The notes beneath the pieces were generated by a model. It was not told the DNA's origin. It ran no database searches and saw nothing but the letters and a program-made list of their open reading frames with translations. The position numbers were made by a program, and so were the translations under genes. From a bacterium (GTDB lineage Bacteria > Patescibacteriota > Saccharimonadia > CAILAD01 > GCA-016700035), in the NCBI GenBank assembly GCA_016700035.1, contig CP064998.1, positions 857,551-916,044 of the forward strand: a DNA stretch of 58,494 bases, read 5' to 3'. Positions 37,539-46,264 of this stretch are shown here, in pieces. Every line of letters starts with the position of its first letter. The first letter of the stretch is position 1.

Positions 37539-39950
37539 TTATAATCCGGTATTTGGTGCGCCGATTACTGATTGAGCTAGGCCGGCCGGGTCCTTAATTA
37601 TGCCGTCTACAAGACCATCAATATCCCGTTCACTGCCATCAGTTATTTGATAAGTAACCACCGTTACCGTATGTCCGTTAATGTTTTGAGTTGATATATT
37701 AGCGTCACTAATGGTGAAATAGGCATTTGTGTTAGGATTATGCTTTCTCAGTACTCTACCATCTGGTGAGATGTCATAATAATACAGTTTAATAGTTGTG
37801 GTGTAGCCTGGAGTACCGCAATCTGCCTCAAAATCCCAAAGTCCACTTTCGTAATTGTAAGCAGAGTCTTGGACGGCTAACTGATCTTCAAGAACATAAT
37901 CATCGGTGGTCAATTCGCAAGCATTGCCAACATCAATCGCTGTAATTTTACCAGTAATTGGGTTAGTGTAGCCACCAACGTTTGGCTGAGTGCTATCGGC
38001 TATACTGTCGCCATTTAGGTCTGTACTAACTTCATCTGGGCCATACTTAAATATCTGAATACGCTCGTTGTCGCTATCGGCCACCATCACAGTATTGCCA
38101 TTGGCTGATACTTGCAACCCCTCTGGGTGATTAAACTGGCCATCACCAGTTCCAGGCGAACCCCATTTTGCTAGGAAGTTACCGTTGGCATCAAACTTTT
38201 GTACACGAGCGTTGTCATAATCTAGGGCATAGACATTACCCTGACTATCAACATCTACGGCGCTAACAGCGCTAAATTCGCCATCACCAGAGCCACTTGA
38301 ACTGTCACCACCGTTAGCACCCCATTTGGAGACAAAAGTACCGTTGCTGCTAAACTTTTGAATGCGGTTATTATACATATCGGCTACATAGATATTGCCA
38401 CTAAAGTCAGTAGCTACACCTGCTGGTGCGCTAAATTCACCATCGGCATTACCAGATGTACCGAACTTAGAAATAAACGCGCCAGTGGTGCTATTGAGTT
38501 TCTGGATGCGATAATTCCCCTCGTCTACCACCAATAGATTGCCATCGGGAGCTATAGCTATGCCTCGTATACCATTAAACTCACCATCACCCGAGCCACT
38601 TGAGCCATCACCGCCATTAGCGCCCCATTTAGCAATGAAGTTACCGTCGCTGTCTAGTTTTTGGACACGGTAGTTATTAGCATCGCCAACATATACGTTA
38701 TCTGACGAGTCAATTATGATTGATTCTGGGAAGTCAAACTCGCCATTTCCAGTACCATTGGTGCCATCACCACTATTGGCTCCCCATGCTTCTATAAACA
38801 CGCCACCGCTAGTAAATTTTTGAATGCGATTATTAGCCCCATCCGCTACATATATGTTACCGTGGCTATCTTGAGCCATGTCTCGCGGTGCGTTAAATTT
38901 GCCATTATCGCTAGACGGACTAATATCTAGTTCGCCATATTCACCAAATTGGCTTACAAAAGTTCCGTTGCTGGTAAATTTCTGGACGTTCTCGTTGCTA
39001 GAATCTGTGACATATATATTATTAGATGCATCGTGTGCTATACCTCTGGGGTTATCAAATGCACCATCTTCGCTATCTTCGCCGTATACACCGAAGCTAG
39101 ATTGAAAATCATAGCTAGAATTAAATTTCTGCACCCGATCTTGACCCCTATCCACGACATAGATATTCCCATTACCATCCACCGTTACAGAATAGACATT
39201 GTTAAACTCGCCATCGGCGCTCCCCTGCGAGCCAAACTGGCTAATGTAGTTACCGCTATTGTCAAACTTCTGGATACGGTAGTTGTTTGCATCTACGACA
39301 TAGACATTATCTGTAGAGTCAACCGCTAAACGAGTTAATCCATCAAAATCGCCATCATCATTCCCCTGCGAGCCGAATTGACTAATGTAGTTACCGCTAT
39401 TGTCAAACTTCTGCACGCGGTAGTTGTCATCATCCGTTACAAATAAATTGCCAGTTGAATCTATGGCTATGCCGTTAGGAGTGTCAAACTGGCCATCAGC
39501 ACTCCCCTGCGAGCCAAACTGGCTGATGTAGTTACCGCTATTGTCAAACTTTTGTACGCGGTTATTGCCGGTGTCTACCACAAAAACATTGCCCACTGGG
39601 TCAATGGCTATATCGCGCGCATAATCAAACTGGCCATCGCCACTACCAGAGGTTCCCCACTGCGAGATATATGTGGAGCTAGAGTTAAACTTCTGCACAC
39701 GGCTGTTGTCTCGGTCTAGTACGAATATATTTCCCGACGAATCAATCGCAACACCGTAAGCATCACTAAACTTTCCATTAGCAGATGCCGGGTCAAACCG
39801 ATTGATCATAGAATGAAACGCCGGCACATCAGTTGGTGCCGCATGTACTCCTGGCGCATACAAACTTAACGAAATAATACCTAGAATAAGAAAGCATCCG
39901 GCTAGGGCTTTGGATGATCTTTGATTAAACTTAAGAATTCTTTGTTTCAA
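37539..39950 (-). CDS. secreted NHL-repeat protein (two propellers) with a C-terminal pre-anchor domain ending in APNTGL
   Basis: 803 aa with a signal peptide. About 12 units of NxRVQKFDNSGNYISQFGSQGSADGQF. The C-terminal ~170 aa are homologous to the C-terminal domain of the sortase substrate at 15522-16100. Confidence 0.85.
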   Translation of the reverse strand: MKQRILKFNQRSSKALAGCFLILGIISLSLYAPGVHAAPTDVPAFHSMINRFDPASANGKFSDAYGVAIDSSGNIFVLDRDNSRVQKFNSSSTYISQWGTSGSGDGQFDYARDIAIDPVGNVFVVDTGNNRVQKFDNSGNYISQFGSQGSADGQFDTPNGIAIDSTGNLFVTDDDNYRVQKFDNSGNYISQFGSQGNDDGDFDGLTRLAVDSTDNVYVVDANNYRIQKFDNSGNYISQFGSQGSADGEFNNVYSVTVDGNGNIYVVDRGQDRVQKFNSSYDFQSSFGVYGEDSEDGAFDNPRGIAHDASNNIYVTDSSNENVQKFTSNGTFVSQFGEYGELDISPSSDNGKFNAPRDMAQDSHGNIYVADGANNRIQKFTSGGVFIEAWGANSGDGTNGTGNGEFDFPESIIIDSSDNVYVGDANNYRVQKLDSDGNFIAKWGANGGDGSSGSGDGEFNGIRGIAIAPDGNLLVVDEGNYRIQKLNSTTGAFISKFGTSGNADGEFSAPAGVATDFSGNIYVADMYNNRIQKFSSNGTFVSKWGANGGDSSSGSGDGEFSAVSAVDVDSQGNVYALDYDNARVQKFDANGNFLAKWGSPGTGDGQFNHPEGLQVSANGNTVMVADSDNERIQIFKYGPDEVSTDLNGDSIADSTQPNVGGYTNPITGKITAIDVGNACELTTDDYVLEDQLAVQDSAYNYESGLWDFEADCGTPGYTTTIKLYYYDISPDGRVLRKHNPNTNAYFTISDANISTQNINGHTVTVVTYQITDGSERDIDGLVDGIIKDPAGLAQSVIGAPNTGL

Positions 39951-39999
39951 AATTTTATTCTCCTAATAAATAGATTGGCTCACAGATTAAAAATACCTA

Positions 40000-40015
40000 T
40001 GTAGAACATACTACA
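40000..40015. promoter_or_regulatory. perfect 16-bp palindrome TGTAG-N6-CTACA, candidate Crp/Fnr-family operator (copy 2)
   Basis: tgtagaacatactaca is centred ~57 nt upstream of the NHL-protein ATG (39950) and 91 nt upstream of the decayed crp-like ATG (40106). Confidence 0.5.
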
Positions 40016-40105
40016 ACAAAAGCATAAGCTATTTCTATACATTGCTTTACATCATTTATATAAAATATTTTACATATAATTCTTTTAGCCCTACATTAAA
40101 CTTAG

Positions 40106-40350
40106 ATGAGCTTTTTTCAATACTCTAAACCACGGGCAGACTTCTATGCGGCTAATGGTCAAAAAGTTACCAATCACAAGGCGAACACAATATCGAAAAT
40201 AAGTTCTTACGATAGCTATATTTTATGACCAAGTACTATGGTAAGCCATAATATAAGCTCACGAAAATCATTATTAAATTGACACAGAAAGATAAGACAC
40301 AGACTTTTTTACAGGAGTCAGGGGTAAATCCAGAAAAAGCAAAAACTGGT
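40106..40350 (+). pseudogene. decayed paralog of the Crp/Fnr regulator gene (internal deletion, stops)
   Basis: MSFFQYSKPRADFYAANGQKVTNHKAN parallels MSFFQYAHSHEKFFKAQGRASQIKRGQ of 34487..35140. After a stop, ctatattttatgaccaagtactatgg matches ctactttttatggccaagtactatgg at ~34925, implying a ~330-bp deletion. Confidence 0.7.
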
Positions 40351-40386
40351 CACGGGGACCGATCTACCTCTGTCGATCACTTGCTT

Positions 40387-40404
40387 TGGCTCCGGGGGCC
40401 GGAT
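40387..40404 (-). repeat. 18-nt exact duplicate of the tRNA-Asn 3' end (att-like scar)
   Basis: tggctccgggggccggat occurs at 40387-40404 and again at 40507-40524 (acceptor 3' strand, CCA and part of the T arm of the tRNA). Confidence 0.85.
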
Positions 40405-40468
40405 AGCGGGCTTTGCCCTTCTTCACTTTGCTACTACGAACCTCCGGTTTGATTCTGCTCCGCAGAAG

Positions 40469-40509
40469 CCATGGAAAAAGCCAGACCGTTGGTCTGGCTT
40501 TTTCCATGG
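40469..40509. terminator. bidirectional rho-independent terminator hairpin abutting the tRNA 3' end
   Basis: Perfect 19-bp inverted repeat ccatggaaaaagccagacc gtt ggtctggctttttccatgg. The GC core gccagacc/ggtctggc has an A-run on one side and a T-run on the other. Confidence 0.75.
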
Positions 40510-40815
40510 CTCCGGGGGCCGGATTCGAACCGGCGGCCAATTGGTTACACCTGCCTCATATTTTCATACAAGAGTGGACTATCTCATCATCCATTATGGA
40601 TGCAGGGCGCTATCTGAGAGATTATTGTTGGGCTCACTCTCTAGTCTCTGAACCTTCCGAGAACCTTTATCCCATTCTCGGCTTGGCTGCGGATTACCAT
40701 ATCCTACAACTCTCTTTGGACGTAGGCTTCCCGCAATTCACCCTGTTTTCACTACTTAATTACTTAAGTAGGCTGCCTTTAACAGCCAACTGCTCTACCG
40801 CTGAGCTACCCCGGA
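40507..40815 (-). tRNA. tRNA-Asn(GUU) interrupted by a group I intron in the anticodon loop
   Basis: The exons (40815-40782 and 40547-40507) join to UCCGGGG UA GCUC AGCGGUA GAGC A GUUGG CUGUUAA CCAAU UGGCC GCCGG UUCGAAU CCGGC CCCCGGA G CCA. This gives a perfect 7-bp acceptor stem, a 4-bp D stem, 5-bp anticodon and T stems, U1-A72 and G73 as in E. coli tRNA-Asn, and an encoded CCA. Confidence 0.9.
40548..40781 (-). ncRNA. group I self-splicing intron, 234 nt, no ORF
   Basis: All four classical conserved elements are present on the minus strand: P gaauugcgggaag (~40727-40739), Q aauccgcagcc (40685-40695), R guucagagacua (40642-40653), S gagauagucc (40576-40585). P1 pairs exon GGCUGU with guide GGCAGCC, with U.G at the 5' splice site. 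The intron ends in G. P2 has a GUAA loop and P9 a GAAA loop. Confidence 0.85.
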
Positions 40816-40915
40816 TTATTTGGTACATCTTTTATTTACGAAAGACTGACATATTATACCTGTCAACAGATGTAGCGTCAACGTCGGTCACTCGCCAACT
40901 GAACCCAGGCGCGCT

Positions 40916-41959
40916 ATGCTACTAATAATGAAAAAACCACCCGTCAAACTAACTTGGCTGGCCTATACCCTACCTATCATCGCATCGATACTGGGATTTA
41001 TTTTTATGATTAGCATGATATGCATGGTAATTTTTTATGTGCGTCACAAAGATGAGCCCGAAACGATTGGTGTTAGCTTCTCACAAGTTCAGGCTGATCG
41101 TTTTGGCATAGATTGGCGTAAGGCCTACACCGCAACTCTTGATGAGTTAGGTTTTAGACACATCCGGGTTGCAACTTATTGGGATAGGATAGAAAAAACT
41201 CCCGGTAACTATGATTTTTCGGAACTTGATTTTATGGTTGCGGAAGCTGAAAAACGGAATGCGAAAATAAAGTTAGTTTTAGGTCAAAAAGTAATCCGTT
41301 GGCCAGAATGTTTTTACCCCACCTGGCTTGATAAAAATAATTCAGGCCTGGTAGCTGAAAAAACTAATGCCTTAATTACTGCTACGGTAAATCGTTATAA
41401 AAATAGCCCAGCCATTGAAACTTGGCAGGTTGAAAATGAGTTTTTGCTCAAAACTTTTGGGGAATGCCCAAAACAAAACCTCACCAACCAAGCCTTAGCT
41501 CGTGAAATAGAGACGGTTCGCGCCATCGACTCCACTCACCCAATTGAACTCACGCAATCTAATCAAAATGGCTTCCCTGCCTTCGGCCCAAACACCGAAA
41601 CATTTGGCTTTTCGATGTATCGAGTGGTGCATAATAATGTGTTTGGTTACTACACCTACCCACAAACCGGGATTTACACCTGGTGGAAAGCATCATTAAT
41701 TGAAGCCTATCGGAATACTCGCGTGACCATTCATGAACTTCAGGGCGAAGCCTGGGGATCCAAAGGTAATGAAGACTTAAGCTGGGAGGAGGCTCAGCGT
41801 TCAATGAATCCCGACCAACTACGAGACAATTTAGCTTATGCTCGCTCGGCTCAAATAAAAACTATGTATTTATGGGGTGCTGAGTGGTGGTACTGGCTAA
41901 AACATAGCCAAAACCAGCCCGAAATGTGGGAGGCTGTTCGGGCTGAGCTGGCTCGCTAA
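40916..41959 (+). CDS. membrane-anchored clan GH-A (TIM-barrel) glycoside hydrolase, family uncertain
   Basis: N-terminal TM. RVATYWDRIEKTPGNYDFSELD and the acid/base-type motif WQVENEF. The start may be the second ATG at 40928. Confidence 0.65.
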   Translation: MLLIMKKPPVKLTWLAYTLPIIASILGFIFMISMICMVIFYVRHKDEPETIGVSFSQVQADRFGIDWRKAYTATLDELGFRHIRVATYWDRIEKTPGNYDFSELDFMVAEAEKRNAKIKLVLGQKVIRWPECFYPTWLDKNNSGLVAEKTNALITATVNRYKNSPAIETWQVENEFLLKTFGECPKQNLTNQALAREIETVRAIDSTHPIELTQSNQNGFPAFGPNTETFGFSMYRVVHNNVFGYYTYPQTGIYTWWKASLIEAYRNTRVTIHELQGEAWGSKGNEDLSWEEAQRSMNPDQLRDNLAYARSAQIKTMYLWGAEWWYWLKHSQNQPEMWEAVRAELAR

Positions 41960-43074
41960 CTCTTTAGCGCTTCATTATAGCTATGTACTAGCTCTCGAGC
42001 TGACTTGGCCCAAGAGTATTTTTGTACCTGCCCATACCCAAGCTGGACTAGTTTTTTGCGCCGAGTATCATCTAGGGCTAAATCACCGATCACTCGTGCC
42101 ATCATATCAATATTTTTTGGGTCAAAATAAGCTGCACCTTTACCAAAAATTTCCGGTAGGCAAGTAGCGTTTGAACTCGCCACTGGCACCCCGTAACTCA
42201 TCGCCTCCAACCCCGGGATACCAAAGCCTTCCGATAGCGATGGAAAAACATACAGTAATGCTTTTTTATATATTCCAGCTAGCTCTACGTCATTTATGTA
42301 CCCTGTATATTTAATCCTATTTTCAAGTTTTAATTTTTTAGTAAGTTTTTTCTGACGATCCATAAATTCATTATCCCGCCCCACTATCACCAGCTGACAA
42401 TTAAAGTCTTTATTTTGAGTAAGTTGAGCAAAAGCCTTCTGTAGGCGATCTAAGTTTTTATGCGGATAAGGATTACCCACACAAAGAATAAAGGGCTGGG
42501 TAATCCCATATTGATTGAGATTAATGCGGCCATTGGCAATATGTTTATCGGCAGCATTATTGGTAATAATTATTTTTTGCGGATCACAGTGATACCGCCC
42601 CACCACATCTTCTTTTACAAACTGACTTGGTGTAAAAATACGCCGACTACGCTTGACGGCAGTTTTTAGAATATGTCTCATGACAACATCTTTTAGGTGA
42701 TAAGTAAATGGAGCTAGTAGCCCACCTTTTATACTTTTATAGCGCAAAAGAGTAAGGTCATGAATAGTCACTACAAATGGCTTGTGATAGCTTAGTGGAA
42801 TATTAAAGTTAGTAAAATGCACTAAATCTGGATTCTGAGCCTCTAAGAGTTTAGGTAGCGCGATTTGCTCCTGGGGTGTATACCAACCAATATCAGTTTC
42901 GACATATTCAACTCGATTGTCCTGAACTGACAAACAGCCAGATTCACCTTTTTTAACCAAGATAATGTAAGTATTTTTCTTATCCTGGCAAATAACCTCA
43001 GTAGTGAGATTTTCGACGTAGCGACCAATACCGCTATCCTTAATCCATCTGCCGTCTATAAGTATCCGTGCCAT
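41956..43074 (-). CDS. GT4-family (group 1) glycosyltransferase
   Basis: 372 aa. C-terminal EGFGIPGLEAMSYGVPV motif typical of GT-B group 1 enzymes. Confidence 0.8.
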   Translation of the reverse strand: MARILIDGRWIKDSGIGRYVENLTTEVICQDKKNTYIILVKKGESGCLSVQDNRVEYVETDIGWYTPQEQIALPKLLEAQNPDLVHFTNFNIPLSYHKPFVVTIHDLTLLRYKSIKGGLLAPFTYHLKDVVMRHILKTAVKRSRRIFTPSQFVKEDVVGRYHCDPQKIIITNNAADKHIANGRINLNQYGITQPFILCVGNPYPHKNLDRLQKAFAQLTQNKDFNCQLVIVGRDNEFMDRQKKLTKKLKLENRIKYTGYINDVELAGIYKKALLYVFPSLSEGFGIPGLEAMSYGVPVASSNATCLPEIFGKGAAYFDPKNIDMMARVIGDLALDDTRRKKLVQLGYGQVQKYSWAKSARELVHSYNEALKS

Positions 43075-43183
43075 AAACCTATTATACCGATATTTTTACC
43101 CTGATGTTGCACATGCTTGCAGATAAAACGCTTATCTAGGTATGGTGAAGTGGTCCCATCCACGCGACCTATAGGAGGGTACG

Positions 43184-44395
43184 ATGGCGACATACTCACA
43201 GACCTGGAGGGTGAGCCTACGGGTGCTAGTAGTAGCACTCATAGGCATGGTCTTCGGGATAACCAACTCGCCAATAGCTGATGCTGCTGTTGTTGGCGAG
43301 GGCGGTGCTGGTGCTGCTTGGGCCAATGCCTACAACCGCATTGGTGGCGGTGGCACAATTGGTGGCGCTGAAAATGGTGTACACTGGTGGAATAATGGCT
43401 GTCTGCAGGATTACGTTGGCGGATCATTTAGTGATGCCGCCCTGATGTCCCCCACCTGCAATCAGAGTTTGGTTTTTCCGGTAGTTGGCCAACACTGGCA
43501 GTATGTAGCCCGAGTAAATAGCTATTATGTTGGCTACCCATATAACGATTCTCATCGTTGGGGTACCGGCTGGACCCAAGACTTTAGCTATGGTGCTTGG
43601 GGTTGGACGCTACTTATGCGTGGCGACGCAGTTGGTCAGGCCTATGGAGTGCATGGTGGTATTCGTGACTACTTCATCGCGCAAGGTGGGGCAAATAGCT
43701 GGCTCGGCTACCCCAGAAGTGATGAATATTCGTGGGGTAGTGTAATCCGACAAGACTTCCAGGGCGGATCAATAGTTTGGCGAGCCGATCTGGGCGCTAA
43801 GCCGTTTATCCCTCTAGCTGAACGCAACCTGTACTATTCGGCAGGATATGGCCCCGCAACCTACGTCGTATTGGGTGGACGTAGTTACATAGTTACTAGC
43901 ACCACTCAACTCAATTCGTGTTTTGGCGGATGGGGTAATGTACGACAAGTTTCGACTGAGATGGCTCAAGCCTATACAGCTATTTATCCGGTTAGTGGGC
44001 CTGCACCAGATTGTACGAGCGTGCGCGAACTACGTGCCATCAACTGGGCTCATAGCATGATAGGCAATAGAAACTATGCCAACCTGTGCGAGCGCTTTGT
44101 TGAGAATGCCTTTGGTACAACTGGGCGCTACTATAGCGCTAAAGCTAATCTTAATAGCAAGATTACTTCTGGTCAGCTCCATAGTGGTGACACCAATGTT
44201 CCGGCCGGAGCACTGGCCTTCTTCGGACCGGCTCGGCAAAATGGCTACTATGGCCATGTGATGCTCTCGATTGGTGGCGGTCGATTCATTAGCTCTGGCA
44301 AAACAGTCCATATAACCGGACTCAACACCGTAGCTTTTGGACCCTACGCCGGTTGGGCGTGGGCGGACGGGTCATGGCCTGGTAGGACCGGTTAA
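43184..44395 (+). CDS. secreted LGFP-repeat protein with a C-terminal NlpC/P60-like domain
   Basis: Signal peptide. LGFP-type repeat GIRDYFIAQGGANSWLGYPRSDEYSWGSVIRQDFQGGSIVW plus a degenerate earlier copy. The C-terminus has NYANLCERFVENAFG (Cys) and GHVMLSIGGGRFISSG (His). Confidence 0.7.
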   Translation: MATYSQTWRVSLRVLVVALIGMVFGITNSPIADAAVVGEGGAGAAWANAYNRIGGGGTIGGAENGVHWWNNGCLQDYVGGSFSDAALMSPTCNQSLVFPVVGQHWQYVARVNSYYVGYPYNDSHRWGTGWTQDFSYGAWGWTLLMRGDAVGQAYGVHGGIRDYFIAQGGANSWLGYPRSDEYSWGSVIRQDFQGGSIVWRADLGAKPFIPLAERNLYYSAGYGPATYVVLGGRSYIVTSTTQLNSCFGGWGNVRQVSTEMAQAYTAIYPVSGPAPDCTSVRELRAINWAHSMIGNRNYANLCERFVENAFGTTGRYYSAKANLNSKITSGQLHSGDTNVPAGALAFFGPARQNGYYGHVMLSIGGGRFISSGKTVHITGLNTVAFGPYAGWAWADGSWPGRTG

Positions 44396-44404
44396 GACAC
44401 TATT

Positions 44405-44432
44405 GCCCTGCTTTAAAATGCAGGGCTTTTTT
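44405..44432 (+). terminator. rho-independent terminator
   Basis: gccctgc tttaaaat gcagggc followed by tttttt, 10 nt after the stop at 44395. Confidence 0.8.
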
Positions 44433-44491
44433 AATTAGCTAACCGAACAAAAACCAGTTATACTATAAATGACTGCGGGGTTATTGTAATT

Positions 44492-46264
44492 ATGAATTCC
44501 ACTCACCAGCACAGACTATTTAGTCATCATAAGCTCAAGCTTTGGCACACTGTACTAATAGTGTTGGTTGGTGTTTGTGTTTTTGTGGTTTTATTACTAA
44601 GCATACTTCGCCTAACTTATCAGAGCCGCTTTATGCCTGGAGTTAAAATATATGGAGTTTATGTCGGTGGACTCACTAAAGACGAGGCAACAACCCTCTT
44701 AAAAAAAGAGACGACTCAATATATTGATAGTTCAACAATTATAATAGATACCCAGTCATCTAATACAAAGGCAATGATTCCAGCTTCTGAGGTGGGGCTC
44801 ACATATGATATTCAGTCGGATGTTGATACTGCCTATCAACAAGGCCGAGACGGTCAATTACTACAAAAGCTCTTTACTCAAGCTCAACTTTTAGTGGGTT
44901 TGAATAATAGCCAGCCCGCTCATATTAATTACAACTCCACTAAGCTCTATGCGATTATTCAACCTATCTCAAAAAGCCTTGCTACCCCTAGCCAAAATGC
45001 CAGTCTTACAGCTACCCCTCAAGGTGCACTCGCTATTCAAGGCGAGCAAGCTGGCAATCGCCTTAACTTAGTGAATTTTATTGATAGCTACACTAAAACG
45101 GTTAGTTTATTACAGAGAAATAACATTACAGCACAGGTAAATATTCAACCAGCAGCCGTCTCTAGTAACTCTCTGCAAATACATAAAAATAATTTAGAGC
45201 AATTTGTCCGCAATCCAATGTCTGTGTCATACAGAGAAAAAAGCTGGACAATACCAACAAATGATCTGCTAAGTTGGCTCAGCTACACCAGTGGCATCAC
45301 TCCACTCCGGGAAGATATTCTACATAACTATTATCATCAGCAACCCCCATCTAATACACAACTAGGATTCGATACGTCACGCATTAAAAGCTATATCAGC
45401 ACCACCACCAAAGAAATTAACCAGAAAGCTATAGACGCTAAGCTCACTATAGAAAATGGGCGAGCTACAATATTCCAACAAAATCAGGATGGGCGAGCTG
45501 TCGATTTAGATATCACAGCTAAAGCAATTGTTGATAATCTCCTTGCTTCATCACCAACCAATACGATACCGCTCACTGTGGTTGTGACAAAAGCAGATGT
45601 TACCAGTGACACAATCGAACAGCTCGGTATTAAGGAACTATTATCGGAAGGGGTCTCCTACTTTCCGGGGTCTTCGGCTAATCGTATGACAAACGTTCGA
45701 ATTGGAGCAAATCGGTATAATGGAGTGCTTTTAAAACCGGGCCAGGTTTTTAGTTTTGGTGAACTGCTTGGCAAGGTTGGTCCCGAACAAGGCTACAAAG
45801 AGGGCCGAGTAATTTTAGAAGGGCGAACCGAAAGCCAGTACGGAGGTGGACTTTGTCAGGTTAGCTCCACCGCCTTCCGAGCCGCTCTTTTGGCTGGATT
45901 ACCAATCTTAGAGCGCTACAATCATTCTTTTGCTGTCGACTACTACACTCAGCCCTATGGTGTTCCTGGGGTTGATGCAACTATTTATTATCCATCTGTT
46001 GATTTTAAATTTAGAAATGATACCGCCAATCATATCCTCATCCAAACCGAGATGGTTGGTACCACGCTGAAGTTTCGCTTTTATGGCACAAAGGAGAAAA
46101 GTGGAGTTATTCGGGGACCATACTTTATATCCGGTAGTAATGATGCCACTCAGCCATCAAAGACTGTCTTCTACCGAGATATTATAGTAAATGAAAAAGT
46201 AGCTAAAACCACTACTTTCTACACAACCTATCGATCATCGCTGGACTTTCCGCCAGTAAACTAG
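44492..46264 (+). CDS. VanW-family protein
   Basis: N-terminal TM. VanW core motifs YGGGLCQVSSTAFRAALLAGLPILERYNHSF and GVDATIYYPSVDFKFRND. Confidence 0.85.
   Translation: MNSTHQHRLFSHHKLKLWHTVLIVLVGVCVFVVLLLSILRLTYQSRFMPGVKIYGVYVGGLTKDEATTLLKKETTQYIDSSTIIIDTQSSNTKAMIPASEVGLTYDIQSDVDTAYQQGRDGQLLQKLFTQAQLLVGLNNSQPAHINYNSTKLYAIIQPISKSLATPSQNASLTATPQGALAIQGEQAGNRLNLVNFIDSYTKTVSLLQRNNITAQVNIQPAAVSSNSLQIHKNNLEQFVRNPMSVSYREKSWTIPTNDLLSWLSYTSGITPLREDILHNYYHQQPPSNTQLGFDTSRIKSYISTTTKEINQKAIDAKLTIENGRATIFQQNQDGRAVDLDITAKAIVDNLLASSPTNTIPLTVVVTKADVTSDTIEQLGIKELLSEGVSYFPGSSANRMTNVRIGANRYNGVLLKPGQVFSFGELLGKVGPEQGYKEGRVILEGRTESQYGGGLCQVSSTAFRAALLAGLPILERYNHSFAVDYYTQPYGVPGVDATIYYPSVDFKFRNDTANHILIQTEMVGTTLKFRFYGTKEKSGVIRGPYFISGSNDATQPSKTVFYRDIIVNEKVAKTTTFYTTYRSSLDFPPVN

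Noticed and set aside
34015-40506. An intact genomic island integrated at tRNA-Asn
   Set aside because: No integrase, recombinase, transposase or phage gene is present. Only the 18-nt repeat 120 nt from the tRNA supports past integration. The genes in this interval are ordinary (oxidoreductase, UDG, DUF1697).
40413-40925. 170-aa plus-strand ORF in the six-frame track
   Set aside because: It lies antisense across the tRNA-Asn exons, the group I intron and the terminator hairpin. Its open frame is explained by the structured RNA on the other strand.
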